Shown: positions 1 to 6,723 of the stretch, one piece after another
Numbering within the stretch: the first letter of the stretch is position 1
Layout: each line of letters begins with the position of its first letter
Virus record (IMG/VR): IMGVR_UViG_2541047917_000005
Source of the DNA: a virus
Lineage: Duplodnaviria; Heunggongvirae; Uroviricota; Caudoviricetes
Strand: one strand, 5' to 3'
DNA: 13,902 bases
Position numbers and translations under genes: made by a program
Notes under the pieces: model-generated
Database searches by the model: none
What the model saw: only the letters and a program-made list of their open reading frames with translations
Told to the model about the DNA's origin: nothing

Positions 1-1239
1 ATGAGCAGGGCAATTCATAGACTTAGCGACACTCTTTTACGAAAATTAAGCGGATCACCAACCACAAAAAGCACCTTTTTTAATGATGGTGGCAACCTTA
101 GCGTAAGGCATTCAATCAATGGCCTGTTAACCTGGTATTTCACTTACAGGGCCGGAACTGGTAGGCAGATATCACCGGAACGTCTGAGGCTGGGCAATTA
201 TCCCGATCTGAGCCTGAAAGCTGCCAGGGAAAAAGCGGCACAGTGTCGCGCCTGGCTGGCTGAGGGGAAAAATCCGCGCTATGAACTTAATCATGCTGTA
301 CAGGATGCGTTAGCCCCCGTGACGGTTAAGGAAGCGCTCACTTACTGGCTTGAATCGTACGCAAAGGAAAAGCGCACTGACTACGAATCACTGAAAAGCC
401 GGATCAATAAACACATAATCAGCCAAATTGGCGCTTTGCCGTTGGAAAAATGCGAGCTACGGCACTGGTTGGCATGTTTTGACCAGATGGCAAAGCGAAG
501 CCCAGTATCTGCCGGATTTTTGCTACAGGTATGCAAACAGGCGCTTAAGTACTGCCGAAAACGACGATACGCAATCAGCAACGTTCTTGATGATATGGTT
601 GTCGGTGATGTGGGAAAAAAAGCAGAAGTGAGCGAGCGCGTACTAACAAACAAGGAGCTTGGGGAATTACTCCGCGCCCTGGATGACAAAATATTCCCGC
701 CATACTACAGCGCCCTAATTCGCCTCCTGATTGTTTTTGGATGCCGTACCACCGAGCTAAGGCGCTCTGAGGTGCAGGAGTGGGATTTTAAAGAAATGCT
801 CTGGACAGTACCGAAGGAGCACAGCAAAACGAAGGTCGCCATATTCAGGCCAATACCGGAAAACATTTTGCCGTTCGTCACGCAGCTGGTGGAGCAGAAC
901 AGACACACGAGCTTATTGCTTGGTGAACTGAAAGGACAATCTTCGGTAGCAGAGTACGGAAGAACAGCGCACAAACGAATTAATCAAGCCCCCTGGACGT
1001 TACACGATATCCGGCACACATTTACAACCATGCTGAACGATTTAGGCGTGGATCCGCATATTGTCGAGCAGCTTACAGCCCACCAGATGCCAGGGATGCA
1101 ACGAGTCTATAACCACTCCCGCTACCTTGATGCAAAACGTGATGCTCTTAATCTATGGGTAGACCGTCTCGAGCTTCTCCAGAACAATGATGAAAAAATC
1201 GTTGTTATGACCCCGCGAATTTACCCCCAAAATTCTTGA
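1..1239 (+). CDS. int: Tyrosine recombinase / integrase, P4-type
   Basis: 412-aa ORF. N-terminal region resembles the P4-integrase arm-binding domain (LSD..DGGNLSVR..YPDLSLKAAREKA). C-terminal region has the catalytic signature HDIRHTF...VYNHSRY. ATG sits exactly at the window edge, so the true start could lie upstream. Stop TGA 1237-1239. Confidence 0.9.
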   Translation: MSRAIHRLSDTLLRKLSGSPTTKSTFFNDGGNLSVRHSINGLLTWYFTYRAGTGRQISPERLRLGNYPDLSLKAAREKAAQCRAWLAEGKNPRYELNHAVQDALAPVTVKEALTYWLESYAKEKRTDYESLKSRINKHIISQIGALPLEKCELRHWLACFDQMAKRSPVSAGFLLQVCKQALKYCRKRRYAISNVLDDMVVGDVGKKAEVSERVLTNKELGELLRALDDKIFPPYYSALIRLLIVFGCRTTELRRSEVQEWDFKEMLWTVPKEHSKTKVAIFRPIPENILPFVTQLVEQNRHTSLLLGELKGQSSVAEYGRTAHKRINQAPWTLHDIRHTFTTMLNDLGVDPHIVEQLTAHQMPGMQRVYNHSRYLDAKRDALNLWVDRLELLQNNDEKIVVMTPRIYPQNS

Positions 1240-1658
1240 CAAATTACGGCTGTTTTTTCTTTAAGAGATTACAGCCGTGAATAGATCTTAGAATATCGGG
1301 GAATATCTGCAAATATCTTCTCTTTATATGTGTCAACTATCGAAAAAAATTGAAATGTCTTCTTCTGAGTTCTTATTCTCTGTTTCTTGATTGTTCCAAC
1401 ACCTGATGGTTTATCTATTTGTTTTTAATGATGTAATTCAGGTGTCATGCCAAATGACGACATTTTTTGTTGCGTCGCTTAAAAACTCGTGACACGATTT
1501 TAAACACTAACGAGCTTCTACGAACCTTAGCGAACAAAGCCTTTAGCAAGGTTGTGTTTTTAATTTAAGAGGTGAAAAAGAATCTAAGTAATATCCGATC
1601 TCATATATCTACAGCTAAGAGAAAAGTTTATATACGTAATTTTTATGTAGGTTTTTGT

Positions 1659-1868
1659 ATGCGTGAAATAAATGAAGATCGCGTAATCCGTGAGGATGAA
1701 TGTCGTAAGTTAACTGGAGTGTGCCGCACTACACGTTACGAACTGGAGAAAAAAGGGCGCTTTCCGTCACGTCTTAATCTGGGCGGTCGTTCTGTAGGGT
1801 GGCTGCTGTCCGAGGTTATGGAATGGGTTAAAAGCCGGGATCGCATTAATTCAGGTAAGGCAGTGTAA
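1659..1868 (+). CDS. alpA: AlpA-family helix-turn-helix transcriptional regulator
   Basis: 69-aa product MREINEDRVIREDECRKLTGVCRTTRYELEKKGRFPSRLNLGGRSVGWLLSEVMEWVKSR matches the AlpA/Phage_AlpA pattern (TG.srsTiY.l...G.FP..i.LG.rsVgW...Ev.eW). The ORF-track version starts at GTG 1572, which lies inside its own Shine-Dalgarno (aagaggtg) with no spacer; ATG 1659 gives the expected AlpA length. Confidence 0.8.
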   Translation: MREINEDRVIREDECRKLTGVCRTTRYELEKKGRFPSRLNLGGRSVGWLLSEVMEWVKSRDRINSGKAV

Positions 1869-1895
1869 AGGGGAGCATATGACACATAAAACAAA

Positions 1896-1915
1896 GGCGA
1901 CCGGGGGCGGTCGCC
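1896..1915 (-). terminator. Perfect 8-bp stem hairpin, terminator-like on the minus strand
   Basis: GGCGACCG-GGGG-CGGTCGCC at 1896-1915. On the minus strand it is followed by a T-rich run (TTTGTTTTAT, reverse complement of 1886-1895). On the plus strand it is followed by AATGGGAAAAC, which is not terminator-like. Confidence 0.4.
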
Positions 1916-2237
1916 AATGGGAAAACACTAAACATAAGCCCGAACATCATAGCGATTTGCTGGCTGGTGGGCAAATCCTGAGCGGTCCTGCAATTACAGG
2001 AACTACGGCATTGTCGCGGTTAGGTTGTGCTCAACTTTTTTTCACCTCTATATCGCAAGCGCGCCGTAATAAATCGCCTTTATCGCTTCCGCAAAGATCC
2101 TTTTTCTCGAAGCATGATTTTAAGAGAAAGGCGACGACAATTAATAAAACCGCACAGAGTTTCCAATTTATAAATTTTGACATCTTTTACCCCTATGATT
2201 GTCGCCATCGTTCTTCATGTTATGACGTGATTAATGA

Positions 2238-2417
2238 TTACTCGGATTCACTGGCCTTGCGCCGCTGGCGATATTCAACTTCTCGTTTTAATGCCGCAGT
2301 AACAAATTGCCCCGTACTTTCTCCAGGCATTTTTACCGCCTCAACATTGTTCATAACTTCATGCGGAACCCTTGCCGCAACGGTTTGTGATTTTGCGTTT
2401 ACTGCTTTTGTCGCCAT
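2238..2417 (-). CDS. Putative ribbon-helix-helix (CopG/Arc-like) DNA-binding protein; 59 aa, below the ORF-track length cut-off
   Basis: Hand translation of the minus strand: MATKAVNAKSQTVAARVPHEVMNNVEAVKMPGESTGQFVTAALKREVEYRQRRKASESE. Pattern of beta-strand (QTVAARVP), helix (HEVMNNVEAV), Gly turn, helix (FVTAALKREVEY) fits an RHH fold. GAGGGG Shine-Dalgarno lies about 10 nt upstream of the ATG at 2417. Palindromic operator-like repeats sit 50-100 bp upstream of it. The plus-strand frame over the same bases gives a compositionally implausible peptide. Confidence 0.45.
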   Translation of the reverse strand: MATKAVNAKSQTVAARVPHEVMNNVEAVKMPGESTGQFVTAALKREVEYRQRRKASESE

Positions 2418-2467
2418 GTTGTGTACCCCTCATAAAAAACAAATGCAGTATGCAGGAAAAAAAATAA

Positions 2468-2520
2468 GTGTTCAACACTTGACGTGTTCAACACCTGAGT
2501 TTAAATTGGTGTTCAACACC
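2468..2520. promoter_or_regulatory. Three perfect copies of the 11-bp palindrome GTGTTCAACAC overlapping a sigma70-like promoter (operator array)
   Basis: Exact copies at 2468-2478, 2484-2494 and 2509-2519; each is a dyad (GTGTT-C-AACAC). TTGACG (2479-2484) and TAAATT (2502-2507) are spaced 17 bp, so two copies bracket the -35 and the third lies just downstream of the -10. The region is divergent between the minus-strand RHH ORF and the plus-strand Icd-like start at 2617. Confidence 0.5.
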
Positions 2521-2616
2521 TTGTTGGCGCAAGGTGCAGAAACGACGAAACCCGGCAGTGAGCTAACACTAACCGGGCTTCTAACCACCAACGATAGAAA
2601 GCGTATCGAGGTAGCT

Positions 2617-3231
2617 ATGTTAAATCATACCACACACCCGCAAGGGCGGGATTCGCACAACCTGAATAAATACATCTGGCGTTTTATCGCCCTGAGCACG
2701 GCACAACCGCGCGTGATTACCATCGAGGCCACCAGCGAACAGGAAGCACGCCAGAAAAACCAGTTGATCGCCACTGCCAGCCAGGGCTATGATTTACCCG
2801 CACCAGCAAAATCTGGTGCCGGGATTGGCGTCCTGGAAATGTCAAAGGCGATATATGACGCGCCAGCGTCTTTTTTATCGTCCGCATTCGCTCACATCAA
2901 AGTTATGGTGGGCTGGGCGGGGGCTTCTTCGGAAGCGCCGGTTCCCTTTGACGCCGGTTACGCCAACCCCGTTCAGTCCACCGCCAGCGAAATTGGCGTT
3001 TCCTGCGGTGGAAATTCTTCACTGTCAAAGGAGGCTGCCAACATGGCTACTATCCCTACCCTCGTACATTCTCAAACTGCCTTTATCTGGCGCTTTATCA
3101 TCTTTGGCGCGTCAGAATCTCAAATCGTCCACGTAACCGCCTGGACGGAAGGCGAAGCGCGTAACCGTTGCCCGTCCGGTTGTGTCGCTGTATTCGCCGC
3201 CCGTATTCGTCAGGGGGTGAGTCATGCATAA
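2617..3231 (+). CDS. Icd-like (host cell division inhibitor-like) protein with two tandem Icd-like domains in one frame
   Basis: ATG 2617 preceded by GAGG (2608-2611). Two related segments: NKYIWRFIALSTAQPRVITIEATSEQEARQ and QTAFIWRFIIFGASESQIVHVTAWTEGEARN..AVFAARIRQGV, recognised from memory as the Icd-like family of P4-like islands. No stop codon separates the two copies. The stop-free frame actually extends from 1879, but that upstream part is judged non-coding. Confidence 0.5.
   Translation: MLNHTTHPQGRDSHNLNKYIWRFIALSTAQPRVITIEATSEQEARQKNQLIATASQGYDLPAPAKSGAGIGVLEMSKAIYDAPASFLSSAFAHIKVMVGWAGASSEAPVPFDAGYANPVQSTASEIGVSCGGNSSLSKEAANMATIPTLVHSQTAFIWRFIIFGASESQIVHVTAWTEGEARNRCPSGCVAVFAARIRQGVSHA
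3043..3231 (+). CDS. Second Icd-like copy as a possible independent cistron (alternative to the 2617 start)
   Basis: Near-consensus Shine-Dalgarno AAGGAGG (3028-3034) 8 nt before ATG 3043. 62-aa product MATIPTLVHSQTAFIWRFIIFGASESQIVHVTAWTEGEARNRCPSGCVAVFAARIRQGVSHA has a typical Icd-like size. Confidence 0.45.
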   Translation: MATIPTLVHSQTAFIWRFIIFGASESQIVHVTAWTEGEARNRCPSGCVAVFAARIRQGVSHA

Positions 3232-3451
3232 AATACCCTTTGATGTTCTTGTTCATTCTGAAAACGCATTAATCCGCGCAAAGGAAATGGACGCATTACT
3301 ACTTAAGTTAATTGATGTGCCGGAAAGTGGCGATGAATCTGATTCAATGATGTTTTCTGCCGTGCGTACGCTATTAACGCCTGTTATTAATGAATTAAAT
3401 ACATTGATGGCAATTCACGAGAATAATAAAGCGCAGCACACCGGAGAATAA
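3224..3451 (+). CDS. Hypothetical small protein (75 aa)
   Basis: ATG 3224 overlaps the upstream TAA (ATGCATAA) and is preceded by AGGGGG (3212-3217). Acidic, helical-looking sequence; no family recognised by eye. Confidence 0.55.
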   Translation: MHKIPFDVLVHSENALIRAKEMDALLLKLIDVPESGDESDSMMFSAVRTLLTPVINELNTLMAIHENNKAQHTGE

Positions 3452-3456
3452 AAAAC

Positions 3457-3756
3457 ATGAAAAATAAAAATTCTGGCTTTACCGCCAGCGGCCCTGCTCG
3501 TCCTGAATTTATGAACGGCGATATTTACCGCGATAAATATGGCGGCATGGTAACGATTAAAGGCGTGGCAGAACGGCGCATCACCTACGGTCGTGAAGGC
3601 TACGAATATGATTGCGTGATGCCTGTTTATCAGTTTCGGCGTGATTTTTCTCTGGTACAGGCAGCGCCCCGCAGTAAACCAACCAGCAGGGAGAAAGCAC
3701 GCGCCAATATTCAGGAAATAAAAAAGATGCTTAACGTATTCAGGGGTAAAAAATGA
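3457..3756 (+). CDS. Hypothetical protein (99 aa), translationally coupled to the primase/helicase
   Basis: ATG 3457 with GGAGA upstream. Its stop TGA overlaps the ATG of the next gene (ATGA at 3753-3756). No family recognised by eye. Confidence 0.55.
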   Translation: MKNKNSGFTASGPARPEFMNGDIYRDKYGGMVTIKGVAERRITYGREGYEYDCVMPVYQFRRDFSLVQAAPRSKPTSREKARANIQEIKKMLNVFRGKK

Positions 3757-5501
3757 AACTGGCACCGAACGTAAAAAAACAGCCACGCGGAATAAAACAC
3801 AAAGACACAGAGGTAATTATTTTCGCGGGTAGTGATGCCTGGTCGCACGCGAAACAATGGCAGGAGCAGGATGGCCCCGCATCCGGCGATAATGTGCCGC
3901 CTGTGTGGCTTGGGCCAAATCAGCTTGCCGAACTTGATGCACTGAAAATTGTTCCGGATGGAAAAAAACGCGTAAGGCTGTACCAGGCCGGAGAACTGGA
4001 TTTGGTGGAGACCAAAAAGATTGGTCAGAAGCTGGCGGCGGCAGATATTCAGGACGCAAATTTTTACCCCGAAGGAATGCACGTCCAGAAGTGTGAAAAC
4101 TGGCGGCGCTATCTGAATGCTGAGCGTGAAAATATTGCCGCAGGGCTTACCATGCCGGAGCAGAAAAATACGCAACTGGCACAAATGGCAGACAGTGAGC
4201 GCGCACAGATGCTTGCTGGTCGATTTGATGGCGTTTGTGTGCATCCGGAAAGTGAAATCGTTCACGTATGGCGCGGCGGGGTATGGTGTCCGGTCAGCAC
4301 AATGGAACTTAGCCGCGAAATGGTGGCGATCTATTCAGAGCACAGGGCCACTTTCAGCAAGCGCGTAATCAATAACGCCGTGGAAGCGTTAAAAGTTATT
4401 GCCGAACCAATGGGCGAGCCGTCCGGCGATTTGCTGCCGTTCGCCAATGGTGCGCTTGACCTGAAAACGGGGGAATTTTCCCCGCACACGCCGGAGAACT
4501 GGATCACCACGAACAACGGCATTGAGTACACGCCACCAGCACCAGGGGAGAACATCCGCGATAACGCGCCAAACTTTCATAAATGGCTTGAGCACGCAGC
4601 CGGAAAAGACTCGCGCAAGATGATGCGTATATGTGCCGCGCTGTACATGATTATGGCGAACCGGTACGACTGGCAGATGTTTATTGAGGCCACCGGAGAC
4701 GGCGGGAGCGGTAAAAGTACATTCACACACATCGCCAGCCTTCTGGCAGGGAAACAGAACACGGTGAGCGCGGAGATGACATCGCTTGATGATGCTGGTG
4801 GGCGTGCGCAGGTTGTCGGGAGTCGTCTTATCGTCCTGGCAGACCAGCCGAAATATACAGGCGAAGGCACGGGCATCAAGAAAATCACGGGCGGCGACCC
4901 CGTGGAAATCAACCCGAAATATGAAAAGCGTTTCACTACGGTAATCAGGGCGGTGGTGCTGGCGACCAATAACAACCCGATGATATTCACCGAACGGGCC
5001 GGAGGCGTGTCACGTCGTCGGGTTATTTTCCGCTTCGACAATATCGTAAGCGAGGCAGAAAAAGACAGGGAGCTACCGGAAAAGATTGCGGCTGAAATCC
5101 CTGTCATTATCCGCCGCTTGCTGGCGAACTTTGCCGACCCTGAAAAGGCACGGGCTTTACTCATTGAACAGCGAGACGGTGATGAAGCACTGGCGATAAA
5201 GCAGCAGACGGATCCGGTTATTGAGTTTTGCCAGTTCCTTAACTTTCTGGAAGAAGCACGCGGCCTGATGATGGGCGGCGGCGGTGACTCTTCCAGGTAC
5301 ACGACCAGAAACAGCCTTTACCGCGTCTATCTGGCGTTTATGGCGTATGCAGGCAGGAGCAAACCGCTAAACGTAAATGACTTTGGCAAGGCTATGAAGC
5401 CAGCCGCGAAAGTTTACGGACATGAATATATTACGCGGAAAGTTAAGGGAGTAACGCAGACTAACGCAATAACAACAGACGATTGCGACGCGTTTTTATA
5501 A
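3753..5501 (+). CDS. DNA primase/helicase of the phage/plasmid primase P4 family (D5_N-like region plus SF3 P-loop NTPase)
   Basis: 582 aa. Walker A GDGGSGKST encoded at 4695-4721. Upstream region LLPFANGALDLKTGEFSPHTPENWITTNNGIEYTP is typical of the P4-alpha / D5 N-terminal-like domain. AGGGG Shine-Dalgarno 6 nt upstream of the ATG. The N-terminal ~200 aa (VIIFAGSDAWSH...) could be toprim-like but is not confidently assigned. Confidence 0.9.
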   Translation: MKLAPNVKKQPRGIKHKDTEVIIFAGSDAWSHAKQWQEQDGPASGDNVPPVWLGPNQLAELDALKIVPDGKKRVRLYQAGELDLVETKKIGQKLAAADIQDANFYPEGMHVQKCENWRRYLNAERENIAAGLTMPEQKNTQLAQMADSERAQMLAGRFDGVCVHPESEIVHVWRGGVWCPVSTMELSREMVAIYSEHRATFSKRVINNAVEALKVIAEPMGEPSGDLLPFANGALDLKTGEFSPHTPENWITTNNGIEYTPPAPGENIRDNAPNFHKWLEHAAGKDSRKMMRICAALYMIMANRYDWQMFIEATGDGGSGKSTFTHIASLLAGKQNTVSAEMTSLDDAGGRAQVVGSRLIVLADQPKYTGEGTGIKKITGGDPVEINPKYEKRFTTVIRAVVLATNNNPMIFTERAGGVSRRRVIFRFDNIVSEAEKDRELPEKIAAEIPVIIRRLLANFADPEKARALLIEQRDGDEALAIKQQTDPVIEFCQFLNFLEEARGLMMGGGGDSSRYTTRNSLYRVYLAFMAYAGRSKPLNVNDFGKAMKPAAKVYGHEYITRKVKGVTQTNAITTDDCDAFL

Positions 5502-5512
5502 TTTTTGGCAAT

Positions 5513-5745
5513 TGCTGTCTACCTTGTCTACCTGATTACATAAAAGTTGTTTTAATTCAGTGTATTAATTTAGGTAGACAGCTTTTTTTTACTGTCTACA
5601 AGCTGTCTACCTTGTCTACCTGTTTTTGTAGCCAGCCGGAGGGATGAGTAGACATCAGGTAGATAGCGATTTTTTACTGTCTACTTCCATTAAACCCGCG
5701 TCATTACTGGCCTGAGCATCTATCAGGTAGACAGAGTAGACAAGG
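5513..5745. repeat. Putative replication origin: about 11 iterons with core TGTCTAC(C) in both orientations, flanking an AT-rich stretch
   Basis: Plus-orientation copies at 5515-5523, 5524-5532, 5592-5600, 5603-5611, 5612-5620, 5677-5685. Inverted copies (GGTAGACA) at 5573-5582, 5648-5654, 5658-5665, 5726-5734, 5736-5745. AT-rich segment 5533-5572. Lies immediately 3' of the primase/helicase gene. Confidence 0.6.
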
Positions 5746-5790
5746 TGGGGGTAGGTCCAAAACTTTTTAAACGAGGGGGTAAAAATAAAA

Positions 5791-6048
5791 ATGCACACAT
5801 CAGGAAAATTTAACAATCAGAAGAAATCACATAACCGCGCCATTGACCTTACAGAGCACTGGCTGAGGGTGGCGATAAAAATCATCGACCGCAACGCGGG
5901 AGAAGGATACGCGAAAGCACATCCTGAACTAATAAGCGCATTCATGACCACAGCGGCGGCAAACTTTGCCACGCTGACAGAACGGGAGATTGCCGAAGCG
6001 GAACAGGTAACAACCATCAACGTTAAAACCGGAGAGGTGGAATCATGA
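5791..6048 (+). CDS. Hypothetical small protein (85 aa)
   Basis: ATG 5791 with GAGGGGG upstream (5773-5779). Stop overlaps the SSB start (ATGA). No family recognised by eye. Confidence 0.5.
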   Translation: MHTSGKFNNQKKSHNRAIDLTEHWLRVAIKIIDRNAGEGYAKAHPELISAFMTTAAANFATLTEREIAEAEQVTTINVKTGEVES

Positions 6049-6455
6049 CAGCACAGATAGCCGCTTACGGGCGGCTGGTGGCTGACCCGCAGTTAAAGAC
6101 CACCAGCAAGGGCACACAAATGGCTATGGCAAGCATGGCGGTCCCCCTGCCGTGCAATCAGGCAGATGACGGACAGGCGACGATGTGGTTATCCGTCCTG
6201 GCGTTTGGCAGACAGGCCGACGCACTGGCAAAACACCACAAAGGCGAGCTGGTGAGCGTGGCGGGTAACATGCAGGTAAGCCAGTGGACAGGCCAGAACG
6301 GCGAAACGCGGCAGGGCTGGCAGGTTATTGCAGACAGCGTAATCAGTGCCAGAACGGCGCGACCTGGTGGGAGCCGACGCAAGACCACAGGCACACAGGG
6401 TAATCAGCCACCAGCGGGAGGCGATGACCCTTACGGTGATGATATTCCGTTCTGA
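6045..6455 (+). CDS. ssb: Single-stranded DNA-binding protein
   Basis: 136 aa. OB-fold-like N-terminal region (GRLVADPQLKTTSKG...WLSVLAFGRQADALAKHHKGELVSVAGNMQVSQWTGQNGETRQGWQVIAD), a Gly/Pro-rich linker and the hallmark C-terminal acidic tail ending DDIPF. GGAGAGG Shine-Dalgarno before ATG 6045. Confidence 0.85.
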   Translation: MTAQIAAYGRLVADPQLKTTSKGTQMAMASMAVPLPCNQADDGQATMWLSVLAFGRQADALAKHHKGELVSVAGNMQVSQWTGQNGETRQGWQVIADSVISARTARPGGSRRKTTGTQGNQPPAGGDDPYGDDIPF

Positions 6456-6465
6456 GAGGGTGACG

Positions 6466-6723
6466 ATGGTACATGACCGCATAGCGGAAGAACTCGAGGC
6501 GAAAGGCTTTTACCGGAGAGCGTCGGCGCGATGGGGTGAAGTCATGCTACTGGTGGAGACAGACAAGGAACGGGAGCACATCACGATGCGACGGCTGGAA
6601 TGTTGCAGAAAATCGACAAGGCCAGCACTCGGGCCGGACAATTTCAGCGATATTAAAAAAGCCGCTGATCGTGTTTATGCTGAAATGGGATTAGATAAAT
6701 TAAAGGGGGAAACATGCCAGTAA
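6466..6723 (+). CDS. PerC-family-like transcriptional regulator
   Basis: 85-aa product MVHDRIAEELEAKGFYRRASARWGEVMLL... resembles the PerC/Pch family motif (AEeLEakG.yRRAa.RW.eVm), recalled from memory. ATG 6466 is 5 nt after GAGGG. The ORF-track version starting at 6346 is a 5' extension that overlaps ssb. Confidence 0.6.
   Translation: MVHDRIAEELEAKGFYRRASARWGEVMLLVETDKEREHITMRRLECCRKSTRPALGPDNFSDIKKAADRVYAEMGLDKLKGETCQ

Noticed and set aside
381-974. Minus-strand ORFs 381-689 and 705-974, and plus-strand 428-631, inside the integrase gene
   Set aside because: Antisense or alternative-frame ORFs embedded in a well-supported integrase CDS, with low-complexity products.
1572-1658. GTG-initiated 5' extension of alpA (98-aa version in the ORF track)
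   Set aside because: The GTG lies inside its own Shine-Dalgarno (aagagGTG) with no spacer, and the extension adds 29 residues not expected for the ~70-aa AlpA family. ATG 1659 is preferred.
2080-2208. 42-aa minus-strand ORF (MATIIGVKDVKIYKLETLCGF…)
   Set aside because: Short, no Shine-Dalgarno, junk-like sequence; lies in the ORF-poor segment more likely to be untranslated RNA.
1879-2616. N-terminal 246 codons of the long plus-strand ORF 1879-3231 as genuine protein-coding sequence
   Set aside because: The translated peptide is compositionally odd (Ser/Thr/Cys/Phe-rich, no recognisable motif). The frame runs through a perfect GC hairpin, an operator-like palindrome array with promoter hexamers, and a better-looking minus-strand RHH-like ORF. 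Only the part from 2617 onward is treated as coding. The unusual length of the open frame is flagged in the findings.
2789-3136. Plus-strand ORF 2789-3136 in an alternative frame across the Icd-like region
   Set aside because: Pro/Arg/Leu-rich product with no start context; overlaps the better-supported Icd-like frame.
3415-5302. Minus-strand ORFs 3415-3786, 3711-4265, 3817-4059, 4331-4555, 4389-4730 and 4577-5302 overlapping the small ORFs and the primase/helicase
   Set aside because: All lie antisense to strongly supported plus-strand genes, and their products are Cys/Arg/Phe-rich low-complexity sequences typical of shadow ORFs.
5513-5745. CRISPR array as an explanation for the short repeats
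   Set aside because: The repeats are only 7-9 bp, occur in both orientations with irregular spacing and no unique spacers of regular length. This is an iteron origin, not CRISPR.
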